Below are positions 44,353 to 52,425 of a DNA stretch of 59,727 nucleotides, one piece after another. Every line of letters starts with the position of its first letter. The stretch's first letter is position 1. The DNA is taken from assembly GCA_963654365.1 (NCBI GenBank), contig CAVJZP010000004.1:1-59727 (forward strand), in the 5' to 3' direction. The notes beneath the pieces are model-generated. The model was not told the origin of the DNA. It did not search any database and was given only the letters and a program-made list of their open reading frames with translations. This stretch comes from Oscillospiraceae bacterium. GTDB taxonomy: Bacteria > Bacillota_I > Bacilli_A > RFN20 > CAG-288. The translations under genes and the position numbers were made by a program.

Positions 44353-45219
44353 TTATTTTTCAATAGCAATTTTTCTTTCTGGGAAACGAATGCCATTATC
44401 TTTCAAAGCGAGCATTATCTGCTCTTGCTGATAGAAGAGAGCATCCCAGTAGTCTTTGTTTTTGACGAAGAATCTCGTAGCAATCGTCATGGAGAAATCA
44501 TCGATATCGGATAGGACAATGCTGAAGGAGGGATTGGCAAGAATGCGTTCATCCTTTTTCAGGCAGTCGATGATGATCGCTCGTGCCTTAGGGACATCGG
44601 TAGTGATATGAACCTTTACCTTGATGACGACTCTTCTTGTCGGATTGAAGGTATAGTTGGTGATGACACCCTGGAGGACTTTATTGTTCGGAACGACGAT
44701 ATGCTGATTATCATAAGTTTCCAATGTCGTCGCAATCAAGCCGATGGAGGAAACCGTTCCTTCGCATTCACCGACGCTATGTGTGATCAAGATGTAGTCT
44801 CCGGTACGGAAGTGCTTTGTCTTCAATAGGACAACGCCTGATGCAAAGGCAGAAATCAAATCCTGTAGGGAAAGACCGATAGCCACCGTTCCGGCGGACA
44901 AGATGGAAGAGACAGAGGTCAGGTCTACTTTCAGGACAAGAAGAACAATGACAGCAAGGCCGATATTGAGCAGGACATTCATGACTGAAAGAGAGAAGGT
45001 CTTGACCGAAATATCAACAGAGAGCTTGCTGCTGATTCCGAATATCTTCTTCAGAATCGTCATGAGAAGCTTGATGACAAGCCTTCCGACAATGAGAAGA
45101 CAGATTGCGATGATAAGCCGGCTGAACGGGTTGAGGCCAGAGTCGTCCTGACCGATGAACCAGTTTTGGATGTCATTGCCTAAATTGACCCAAAAGCCGC
45201 AGAAATCGTTCCAATTCAT
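44353..45219 (-). CDS. Small-conductance mechanosensitive channel (MscS family)
   Basis: Start moved to ATG 45219. Three TM segments, then FRTGDYILITHSVGECEGTVSSIGLIATTLETYDNQHIVVPNNKVLQGVITNYT, a typical MscS beta-domain. Confidence 0.8.
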   Translation of the reverse strand: MNWNDFCGFWVNLGNDIQNWFIGQDDSGLNPFSRLIIAICLLIVGRLVIKLLMTILKKIFGISSKLSVDISVKTFSLSVMNVLLNIGLAVIVLLVLKVDLTSVSSILSAGTVAIGLSLQDLISAFASGVVLLKTKHFRTGDYILITHSVGECEGTVSSIGLIATTLETYDNQHIVVPNNKVLQGVITNYTFNPTRRVVIKVKVHITTDVPKARAIIIDCLKKDERILANPSFSIVLSDIDDFSMTIATRFFVKNKDYWDALFYQQEQIMLALKDNGIRFPERKIAIEK

Positions 45220-45300
45220 GAGAATATGATAAAAAGATTGTAGACAAATGTAAAGAGAAAAAGAAAAGTGCCGCAGTTTGCAGCACCAATTCACTTTTTA

Positions 45301-45383
45301 TGGTGAGGCCGAGGGGACTTGAACCCCTACGGATAACCATTAGAACCTGAATCTAACGCGTCTACCAGTTCCGCCACGGCCTC
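45301..45383 (-). tRNA. tRNA-Leu (CAG)
   Basis: On the minus strand: acceptor GAGGCCG/CGGCCTC, anticodon stem TTAGA/TCTAA with loop TTCAGGT, long variable arm, T-loop TTCAAGT, encoded CCA. Confidence 0.85.
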
Positions 45384-45423
45384 AAGGCCATAAAATCATA
45401 ACCTAAAACCCATCGATTTTCAA

Positions 45424-47262
45424 CTATTTCGAGAAAAAGGCGACAATCTTTTTCCAAAGATCCGAGAACCACTTGGCGATTTTCTGGAAGAAGGAGAGTT
45501 TTTCTTCCATGCTCTTGATATCTGTCTCCGATACGATGTTCAGTGTCAGATCCACTCTTTCACACTCTTTGTCATCGGCCTCTAAAAGTAGCGAGAACTC
45601 ATGGGTTCCCAAAGAAAGACTGTTGTCGATATTCTCGCCTTGCAGAATTGTCCACTTCACGTAATTGCGGTTCTCTATCACTTCCTGACGGATCAAAGAG
45701 GAGATGATGTTTTCCATGGTAGGAATATTGTCCTTGCTTGCCGTGATGAAGCTCTTCTTGGCATAGAAAACCGGCCCTTCCGAATCCTGCACACGGATAT
45801 TGATGCTCTTCGTGCTCTGATTTCCGTGTCGGTCAGTGGAAGATACGGTAAAGATATAGTCGCCGACTTTGTCTCGGTTATCCGTATACGTATCCTCTAC
45901 CACTTTTAACGCCGTATTCCCATCGATGTCATCTATGGCCGTGAACATGCCTAAAATCTTCTCCTGGCTGTAATTGCTGAATGGACTGAGATTCATCTCA
46001 TCTACCGTAGAGGAAATCACAGGAGGAACGTCATCGATGAGAGTAAGGTCAAAAGGAAGTTCAGATTCGTTTCCGGAACTGTCCTTTGCCTTCACCACAC
46101 AGGAATAGTAGCCGATTTTGTCTTTTGGGAGTTCATCCCCATTATCGAGATATAGATGTGTCACTACCTCATCATCGTAATTGTCCGAAACGCAGAAATT
46201 CTTATTGATGAAATCGGAGGAATTGAAATCCACTTTATAGCTTGTGACAATCTCTTTCTTATTCAGATAGGCAATCGTCGGTCCTTTGTTGTCTACAATC
46301 ACGAAATGGAAAGTGATATAGGATCTGTTTCCTTGGCTGTCCTCGCTTCCAAAGCGGACAGTGAAGACAGTTCCTAACGCTGCTGACTGTCCTTTAGTGA
46401 AGTAGTCATCCGGATCCTCGATGATATCGGGATGTTTTTCTGTCCCATCGTATCTATCTTTTGCCAAAAAGGCGCGAGTGAGATAATCGACGGAATAGAC
46501 ACTCCCATACTGGGAATTGAGATTGTATTCCGGATTGGAACCAATGTTGACCGTATAATCACCGATTGCACAGTCGTTCCCAGTATATGGAATAACAGCT
46601 AAGTCATCCTCACACGCCTGAGAGAGTACCAGACTGACATTGGATATCTCCTCCGGCATGTCGCCATAGAGATAACGGAGATAACGGATCTTCTGACCGC
46701 TTTTCAGATTAAAGGCGATGATGATGGACTTGGATTTGTGGAAGATGCTCTCCACAGTGCGGAATACGTCATTGGATATCGTTCCTCTTGCGCTAGTTTC
46801 ATGGTCGATATAGAGGTCAGAAAGCCTTCTTGCTTTCTTTCTTGTCGATTTTTCCAAAAGCGTTCCGTCTTTATCGACGATACCCATCTCTAGTCCAAGC
46901 ATCAGATTCTCGCTGTTCTCTGCAAACTTGATGGGATCATTCTTAAAGCAGATGCAGAGAAGGAAACTCTTTTCCGTATTCTCTTCCATCGAAGAGAAGT
47001 ACATGTCAGGGAGAACTTTTCCGTATTCCTCACCGGCTTTGTTGCCAATCTCCACTTCTCCTCTCTCAGCCATGTTTCCATAGAAGCCTGTCGGAAGATA
47101 GTTGACCTTGTATTCCGGTTTTGTGCCAAGCACACCAAGGGTACAGATCTTTTCTTCCTGCTCCGTCAATGCCGCATTCTTCTTCTCCATCTGAGTGCTG
47201 GAATAGGAGCAGGAACAGAGAAGAAGAGTCATCAGTGTCATCCAAAGTCTTTTCTTTTTCAT
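45424..47262 (-). CDS. Surface lipoprotein with Ig-like (DUF5011/HYR-type) repeats
   Basis: MKKKRLWMTLMTLLLCSC is a signal peptide with a lipobox-like LCSC. Repeated domain boundaries are VDNKGPTIAY, IDDVPPVISS and VQDSEGPVFYA, with ...D.DG...G.Y...V...D..GN patterns. Confidence 0.6.
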   Translation of the reverse strand: MKKKRLWMTLMTLLLCSCSYSSTQMEKKNAALTEQEEKICTLGVLGTKPEYKVNYLPTGFYGNMAERGEVEIGNKAGEEYGKVLPDMYFSSMEENTEKSFLLCICFKNDPIKFAENSENLMLGLEMGIVDKDGTLLEKSTRKKARRLSDLYIDHETSARGTISNDVFRTVESIFHKSKSIIIAFNLKSGQKIRYLRYLYGDMPEEISNVSLVLSQACEDDLAVIPYTGNDCAIGDYTVNIGSNPEYNLNSQYGSVYSVDYLTRAFLAKDRYDGTEKHPDIIEDPDDYFTKGQSAALGTVFTVRFGSEDSQGNRSYITFHFVIVDNKGPTIAYLNKKEIVTSYKVDFNSSDFINKNFCVSDNYDDEVVTHLYLDNGDELPKDKIGYYSCVVKAKDSSGNESELPFDLTLIDDVPPVISSTVDEMNLSPFSNYSQEKILGMFTAIDDIDGNTALKVVEDTYTDNRDKVGDYIFTVSSTDRHGNQSTKSINIRVQDSEGPVFYAKKSFITASKDNIPTMENIISSLIRQEVIENRNYVKWTILQGENIDNSLSLGTHEFSLLLEADDKECERVDLTLNIVSETDIKSMEEKLSFFQKIAKWFSDLWKKIVAFFSK

Positions 47263-47362
47263 AGTGTTGCCTCCATAAAGACATATGTCCGAAGGTGACT
47301 ATCTATTCAAAGATTTCAAAAAAAATCAAAAGAAGCAAAGTTAATGATATAATGATTGCATT

Positions 47363-47441
47363 GCTCCCGTAGCTCAGCCCGGATTAGAGCGACCGCCTCC
47401 TAAGCGGTAGGCCAAGGGTTCAATTCCCTTCGGGAGCGCCA
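47363..47441 (+). tRNA. tRNA-Arg (CCT)
   Basis: Acceptor GCTCCCG/CGGGAGC, anticodon stem ACCGC/GCGGT with loop CTCCTAA, T-arm AAGGG-TTCAATT-CCCTT, encoded CCA. An extended -10 (TGATATAAT) ends at 47353. Confidence 0.85.
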
Positions 47442-47445
47442 CTTT

Positions 47446-47523
47446 GTGCCCGTAGCTCAGCCTGGATAGAGCACAAGCCTCCGAAGCCTGGGGCCATGGG
47501 TTCAAATCCCTTCGGGCACGCCA
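47446..47523 (+). tRNA. tRNA-Arg (CCG), imperfect stems
   Basis: Acceptor GTGCCCG/CGGGCAC and loop CTCCGAA. The anticodon stem CAAGC/GCCTG has an A-C mismatch and the T-stem ATGGG/CCCTT has a T-T mismatch. Encoded CCA. Confidence 0.65.
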
Positions 47524-47532
47524 GAAAATAAC

Positions 47533-47853
47533 ATGATCACAAAAACCGTCATTCGACTGATGTTCGCCATCGCCAAAATGTCTAAGAAAGCCAGCGCAAT
47601 CTATCTTGCGATTCTGACTGTTTTATTCAGTGGCGCTTTGGTATCCTTACTCTATGGCGCCATCTATCTGACAAACGGAAATGACGGATATCCAGATCGT
47701 GTCGTACTGATATTGATTCTCGGCTTCGTTTTCTTCTTCTTCGTTGTTGCGATGATTGCTCTTACTACGATTGCAAGCAACTACGTCAGAAAGAATCCGG
47801 ACAAAAATCCGAGGGAGAACAAGAAAGAGAACGGAAATCAAACCGCAGAATGA
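47533..47853 (+). CDS. Small hypothetical membrane protein (2 TM)
   Basis: 106-aa ORF with two hydrophobic segments. There is no SD and it starts 10 nt after tRNA-Arg, so the true start is uncertain. Confidence 0.4.
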   Translation: MITKTVIRLMFAIAKMSKKASAIYLAILTVLFSGALVSLLYGAIYLTNGNDGYPDRVVLILILGFVFFFFVVAMIALTTIASNYVRKNPDKNPRENKKENGNQTAE

Positions 47854-47882
47854 CTCGCTTTATAAAGAAAGCGAGTTTTTTC
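47853..47882 (+). terminator. Terminator after the small membrane ORF (and the tRNA-Arg pair)
   Basis: ACTCGCTTT-ataaag-AAAGCGAGT followed by TTTTTT. Confidence 0.75.
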
Positions 47883-47896
47883 ATAAATCAAATCTG

Positions 47897-47926
47897 TTGT
47901 CACCGCTGATGGTCAAAATCTATAAT
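47897..47926 (+). promoter_or_regulatory. Promoter candidate for cysK-cysE
   Basis: TTGTCA, 18 nt, TATAAT, 29 nt upstream of the cysK ATG. Confidence 0.55.
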
Positions 47927-47955
47927 ATTGATGATTTCACAAAGGAGAACATCTT

Positions 47956-48876
47956 ATGGCTATTCAAAACAATACAATGCTGAATCTGATTGGAAACACT
48001 CCGTTAGTCCGTCTTTTTCATATCGAGGAAGAATATCATCTCTCCTCACCGATCTATGCAAAATTAGAGAGATGCAATCCGACGGGTTCCATCAAGGACA
48101 GAATTGCAAAGGAGATGATACTTACCGCCTTAAAGGAAGGAAAGATCAATAAGAATACACTGATCATTGAACCGACAAGCGGCAATACCGGAATCGGTCT
48201 CTGCGCTATCGCTGCCTCTTTAGGAATGAAGGCCGTCATCTTCATGCCGAGCAACTGCTCCAAAGAGAGAATCCAGATGATGGAAGCTTTCGGAGCGGAG
48301 TGCAGACTTGTCAAAGAGGGCGGCATGGCCAAGTGCATCGAAGAGGCGGAAAGGCTACATGCTGAAGTAGCTGACTCCTATATTCCCCTTCAGTTTGAAA
48401 ACCCCGCCAATTGGAAGGCACACTATCTGACAACTGGTCCTGAGATTTACTCACAGACAGAAGGAAAAGTCGATATCTTTATCTCGGCCTTCGGTACCGG
48501 AGGAACTCTTACTGGAGTGAGCAAATACCTCAAAGAGAAGAATCCGAACGTTCTCTCCTTTGGTGTAGAGCCCGCTTCTTCCGCCGTCATCACGACCGGA
48601 AAGAAAGGCGCACACAAGATTCAGGGAATCGGTGCCGGCTTCAAGCCGGAGGTCCTGAATCTCGATTATGTGGACAAAGTCCTCACCTGCACCGATGAGG
48701 ATGCCTATCGTCTCACCAAGGAACTGGCAAGAAAAGAAGGACTCTTTGTCGGCATCTCCTCTGGTGCAAATGTCAATACAGCCATCGAGATTGCAAAGCA
48801 GTATCCGAATAAAGTGATTGTCACTGTTCTTCCGGATAACGGAGAACGCTATCTTTCTGTTGAAGGATTGTTCTGA
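47956..48876 (+). CDS. cysK: Cysteine synthase A (O-acetylserine sulfhydrylase)
   Basis: NPTGSIKDRIA carries the PLP lysine. TSGNTGIGLC and GTGGT loops are present. 306 aa. Confidence 0.9.
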   Translation: MAIQNNTMLNLIGNTPLVRLFHIEEEYHLSSPIYAKLERCNPTGSIKDRIAKEMILTALKEGKINKNTLIIEPTSGNTGIGLCAIAASLGMKAVIFMPSNCSKERIQMMEAFGAECRLVKEGGMAKCIEEAERLHAEVADSYIPLQFENPANWKAHYLTTGPEIYSQTEGKVDIFISAFGTGGTLTGVSKYLKEKNPNVLSFGVEPASSAVITTGKKGAHKIQGIGAGFKPEVLNLDYVDKVLTCTDEDAYRLTKELARKEGLFVGISSGANVNTAIEIAKQYPNKVIVTVLPDNGERYLSVEGLF

Positions 48877-48878
48877 GT

Positions 48879-49703
48879 ATGGAAAAGATGCTTTCTAAAC
48901 TGAAAGAGGAATTCAGCAAAGAGGAAGGGAAGACTCATCTGGATCAGGAGGAAGTCAGAAAATTCTGTAAGGAAATCACAGGGCTACTGATGCTGGATTA
49001 TTATCTTCCTGATTATGAGGACAAAGATTTAGAGATGCGGTATGAGAATGCCAAAGGCCTTCTTGACCACCTTCTCTCTGGACTTGTCCCCTCTGACTCT
49101 TCTACGATTTCCCAATCCTTTTTTCTTTCTTTGCCTCAGCTTCGCAGGACACTGAACACTTCGATTGATGCTATATTCGAAGGAGATCCCGCTTCTGTTT
49201 CCAAGCAGCAGATTGTTTTAGAATATCCTGGCTTTGAAGCCATCTTATACTATCGGATTGCACATGAGTTCTATACCCTCTCTCTTCCTCTTCTCTCCCG
49301 CTCCATCTCTGAGATTGCGCATCATCATACCGGTATCGACATCAATTCTGGAGCTACGATCGGCGACTACTTTTTCATCGATCACGGAACTGGCATTGTT
49401 GTCGGGGAAACTGCTATCATCGGTAGCCATGTGAAGCTTTATCAGGGTGTCACTTTGGGCGCTCTTTCTCTTAGCAAGGGAAGAGTATTAATGGGTTCCA
49501 AGCGCCATCCGACCGTAGAGGATTCTGTGACGATTTATTCCAATGCCGCTATCTTTGGAGGCGACACTGTGATTGGAGAGCATTCCACCATCGGTGGAGA
49601 TGTCTACCTCACCCATTCTGTCGATCCTTATAGCATCGTACTGCAAACCGACAAGAACCTTACGATTCATCCTAGCCTTCAGACAAAAAAGATGGAGAAA
49701 TAG
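48879..49703 (+). CDS. cysE: Serine O-acetyltransferase
   Basis: Left-handed beta-helix hexapeptide region GATIGDYFFIDHGTGIVVGETAIIGSHVKLYQGVTLG. Lies 2 nt after cysK. Confidence 0.85.
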   Translation: MEKMLSKLKEEFSKEEGKTHLDQEEVRKFCKEITGLLMLDYYLPDYEDKDLEMRYENAKGLLDHLLSGLVPSDSSTISQSFFLSLPQLRRTLNTSIDAIFEGDPASVSKQQIVLEYPGFEAILYYRIAHEFYTLSLPLLSRSISEIAHHHTGIDINSGATIGDYFFIDHGTGIVVGETAIIGSHVKLYQGVTLGALSLSKGRVLMGSKRHPTVEDSVTIYSNAAIFGGDTVIGEHSTIGGDVYLTHSVDPYSIVLQTDKNLTIHPSLQTKKMEK

Positions 49704-49754
49704 ACTCCGTCTTTTTTCTCTTTGCGTATAAAAACAGAGACAAAAAGAAGGTGA

Positions 49755-49773
49755 ACAATGATAAAATCATTGT
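49755..49773. promoter_or_regulatory. Perfect 8-3-8 inverted repeat, candidate TetR operator
   Basis: ACAATGAT-aaa-ATCATTGT, 70 nt upstream of the TetR-family gene. Confidence 0.5.
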
Positions 49774-49842
49774 ACAGGCTTTTTCCTTCATCTCGTCTTA
49801 AAGACTGCTTTCTTTATCCAGCATCTCAGAAAGAGGACAACA

Positions 49843-50403
49843 ATGGCAAATGAACTGACCAAAAAGGCAATGGAACAGGCTTTCATGAAACTGTTATCCC
49901 AGAAGCCTTTCAAGAAGATCACAGTCTCTGACATCACAGAAGAGTGCGGGATCAACCGCATGACTTTCTATTATCATTTTGAGGATATCTATGCCCTTCT
50001 CGACTACAGTCTCAAATACGAGATGGAGAAGGCATTGGACGGCAAGTTTGACGCTTCCACTTGGATGGAGGGCATGAAGAACATCTTTGAGGTATCCTAC
50101 AAATACAAATACCTTGTCATCAACGCCTACAAATTCAATTCCCGTGGGAATGTCGAAAGCGTTCTCGATCCCATCGTCTATCAATTGACCTACCACGTAG
50201 TCAAGGAGGAGGCCGAGGGACATAATGTTCCAGACGAGGATCTGACTTTTGTCGCTGACTGTTATAAGCATCTCTTGATCGGTACAGTCCTTGACTGGAT
50301 CAAAAACGATATGAAGGATGACTATCAGATACTTTTGAAGAAGATTGAGAATTTCCTCAACGGTGAGACGGAATGGATTCTCTCGAAATTCGATAAGGCT
50401 TAG
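49843..50403 (+). CDS. TetR/AcrR-family transcriptional regulator
   Basis: The N-terminal HTH KKITVSDITEECGINRMTFYYHFEDIY is typical of TetR_N. Confidence 0.85.
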   Translation: MANELTKKAMEQAFMKLLSQKPFKKITVSDITEECGINRMTFYYHFEDIYALLDYSLKYEMEKALDGKFDASTWMEGMKNIFEVSYKYKYLVINAYKFNSRGNVESVLDPIVYQLTYHVVKEEAEGHNVPDEDLTFVADCYKHLLIGTVLDWIKNDMKDDYQILLKKIENFLNGETEWILSKFDKA

Positions 50404-50479
50404 CGCTTTCTTTCTACCCTTTAGGTCTATATTAGGTTGGCTTCATATTATCTAGATTCAATAACAGTGGAGGTGTTTT

Positions 50480-51166
50480 ATGAGAATATTGTTAGTGGAT
50501 GACGAGAAAAGTTTTGTTCAGGCGATGAGGGAGATTTTAATCCAGAACAGATACACAGTCGACTTTGCCTATAACGGCCAAGAAGCCTTGGAGTATCTCC
50601 AGAATGAGAAATTCGACTGCCTTCTTCTGGACATCATGATGCCTCAGGTCGACGGATATACTGTTCTTGAGACGATCAGAAAGAAAGGAGACACCACTCC
50701 TGTCATCTTCCTCTCGGCAAAGAGCGATATCGACGATAAAGTCAAAGGATTCGAATTAGGTGGAGACGATTATCTCTCCAAGCCGTTCTCGAGCAAAGAG
50801 CTCTTGGTTCGTTTAAAGGCAATTCTAAGAAGAAAAGATGGCTTGGCTGATTCCAATCTCTGCTATCAAGGTCTGATTCTAGACACTTCCTCTTTCTCTT
50901 TGGTCTATGACAAAAACAAGATTCCGCTTTCGAGCAAGGAATATCAGCTGATGGAGATCTTCTTAAGAAAGCCGGAGAACATCCATTCCTCGGAGGCGTT
51001 GATGAAAGAGGCGTGGAGCATCGACTCCTATTCGGATGTCTCTTCTCTCTGGGTCTTCATTTCCAATCTCAGAAAGAAGTTAAAAGATATCCATTCTCCT
51101 TTCACTATCAAATCGGAAAGAGGATTAGGGTACCGATTGGAGAAGAAGGATGTTCCGGAAGCTTAG
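50480..51166 (+). CDS. Response regulator, OmpR/PhoB family
   Basis: MRILLVDDE...LLDIMMPQVDG form the receiver. The C-terminal winged helix ends in RGLGYRL. Confidence 0.9.
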   Translation: MRILLVDDEKSFVQAMREILIQNRYTVDFAYNGQEALEYLQNEKFDCLLLDIMMPQVDGYTVLETIRKKGDTTPVIFLSAKSDIDDKVKGFELGGDDYLSKPFSSKELLVRLKAILRRKDGLADSNLCYQGLILDTSSFSLVYDKNKIPLSSKEYQLMEIFLRKPENIHSSEALMKEAWSIDSYSDVSSLWVFISNLRKKLKDIHSPFTIKSERGLGYRLEKKDVPEA

Positions 51167-52361
51167 ATTCCGTTTTTCCTTTCTTGTCACAGGAATCACA
51201 TTCCTTGTCCTTTTTGCGATTGTCATCATCATAAACTTATCCATCTATTTCAACATCTGCTGCCGTCTCAATTCGGAGGCGAAGATAGCATATTCAAGGC
51301 CATTTGAGAAAAAGGAAAAGGTGGATTCCAATACGGATAGTGGAAACAATGATAAGCCAGACAAGGGCAAAATGCTTCCTCGCTATTTTTTCATTGAAAA
51401 GAATGGAGACACTTACTCTTTGTCAGAGGATCAGGTCTATGGAATCGGTATGATCGATGTCCAGACGGCTGGGGAAGATGTCTTTTCCAGGAGCAAAGAT
51501 GTTGGATTCTATAACTCCTACTATTACTATCGAGAGAATGACAAGGCTGTCTTTTTGGATGCGATGAGCGAGCAGGATGTCCTCAGCTCCACCCTCATCC
51601 TGTCCTCTTCCGTGGCCGCTTCTGCCTTTGTCCTGATTTCCGCTTCCGCCTTTCTCGTATCCAGAAAAGTCATCCAGCCTTATGAGAAGCTCTATCAGTC
51701 TCAGAGGCGCTTTTTGACGGATGCCTCCCACGAGCTGAAAACTCCGCTTGCCATCATCTCAGCCAATCTGGAAATCCTTGAAAAAGAGAATCCTAACGAG
51801 AACAAGTGGGTTGTCTCTAGCATTGCGCAGACGGAGAAGATGAGGAGTCTTGTCAATGAGCTTGTCCTTCTCAACAAGATTGAGGAAAGTGACGGAAATC
51901 CTGAGATGGAGGATTTCGATATCGGAACCGATTTCATCGAGGCAAGCGATTCCTTTGCCTCTCTTGCCATCGAAAAGAATGTGACATTCAGCACCGACAT
52001 CAAAGAAGGAGTCATCCTGAAAGCCAATGAGAATATGATCCTGAAGCTATTTGGAATCCTATTGGACAATGCGTTCAAATACGTCAATGAAAACGGCTTT
52101 GTGAATCTCTCCTTAAAGGAGGAGAAGAAGCGTCTTGTTCTCACTTTTGAGAACAGCGCAGAGAAAGTCGACAAAGACAAGATGAGCCATTGCTTTGAAA
52201 GATTCTATACCGTAGATGAATCGCACTCCCATCGCTCCAATGGCTATGGCATCGGTTTATCTATCGCCCAGGCCATTGTCAACGAGAACAATGGAACGAT
52301 CACCTGCATTGCGGATGAAGAGAAAAATCTAGTCTCTTTCATTGTCGCTTTCAAAAAATAA
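51150..52361 (+). CDS. Sensor histidine kinase (2 TM, HisKA, HATPase_c)
   Basis: FLTDASHELKTPL is the H-box, LDNAFKYV the N-box and GYGIGLSIA the G2 box. It overlaps the regulator gene by 17 nt. Confidence 0.9.
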   Translation: MFRKLRFRFSFLVTGITFLVLFAIVIIINLSIYFNICCRLNSEAKIAYSRPFEKKEKVDSNTDSGNNDKPDKGKMLPRYFFIEKNGDTYSLSEDQVYGIGMIDVQTAGEDVFSRSKDVGFYNSYYYYRENDKAVFLDAMSEQDVLSSTLILSSSVAASAFVLISASAFLVSRKVIQPYEKLYQSQRRFLTDASHELKTPLAIISANLEILEKENPNENKWVVSSIAQTEKMRSLVNELVLLNKIEESDGNPEMEDFDIGTDFIEASDSFASLAIEKNVTFSTDIKEGVILKANENMILKLFGILLDNAFKYVNENGFVNLSLKEEKKRLVLTFENSAEKVDKDKMSHCFERFYTVDESHSHRSNGYGIGLSIAQAIVNENNGTITCIADEEKNLVSFIVAFKK

Positions 52362-52425
52362 TTCGCTTTAAGTCAGTTTAAGAATCCTTTTTTAGAATAC
52401 ATGCATTCAAAGGAGGATTCATTCC

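Noticed and set aside
47883-47955. T-box or riboswitch control of cysK-cysE, and likewise of cysS at 19760-19768.
   Set aside because: The untranslated regions are only ~73 nt and 9 nt. That leaves no room for a T-box or SAM-type leader, and no specifier or antiterminator features were seen.
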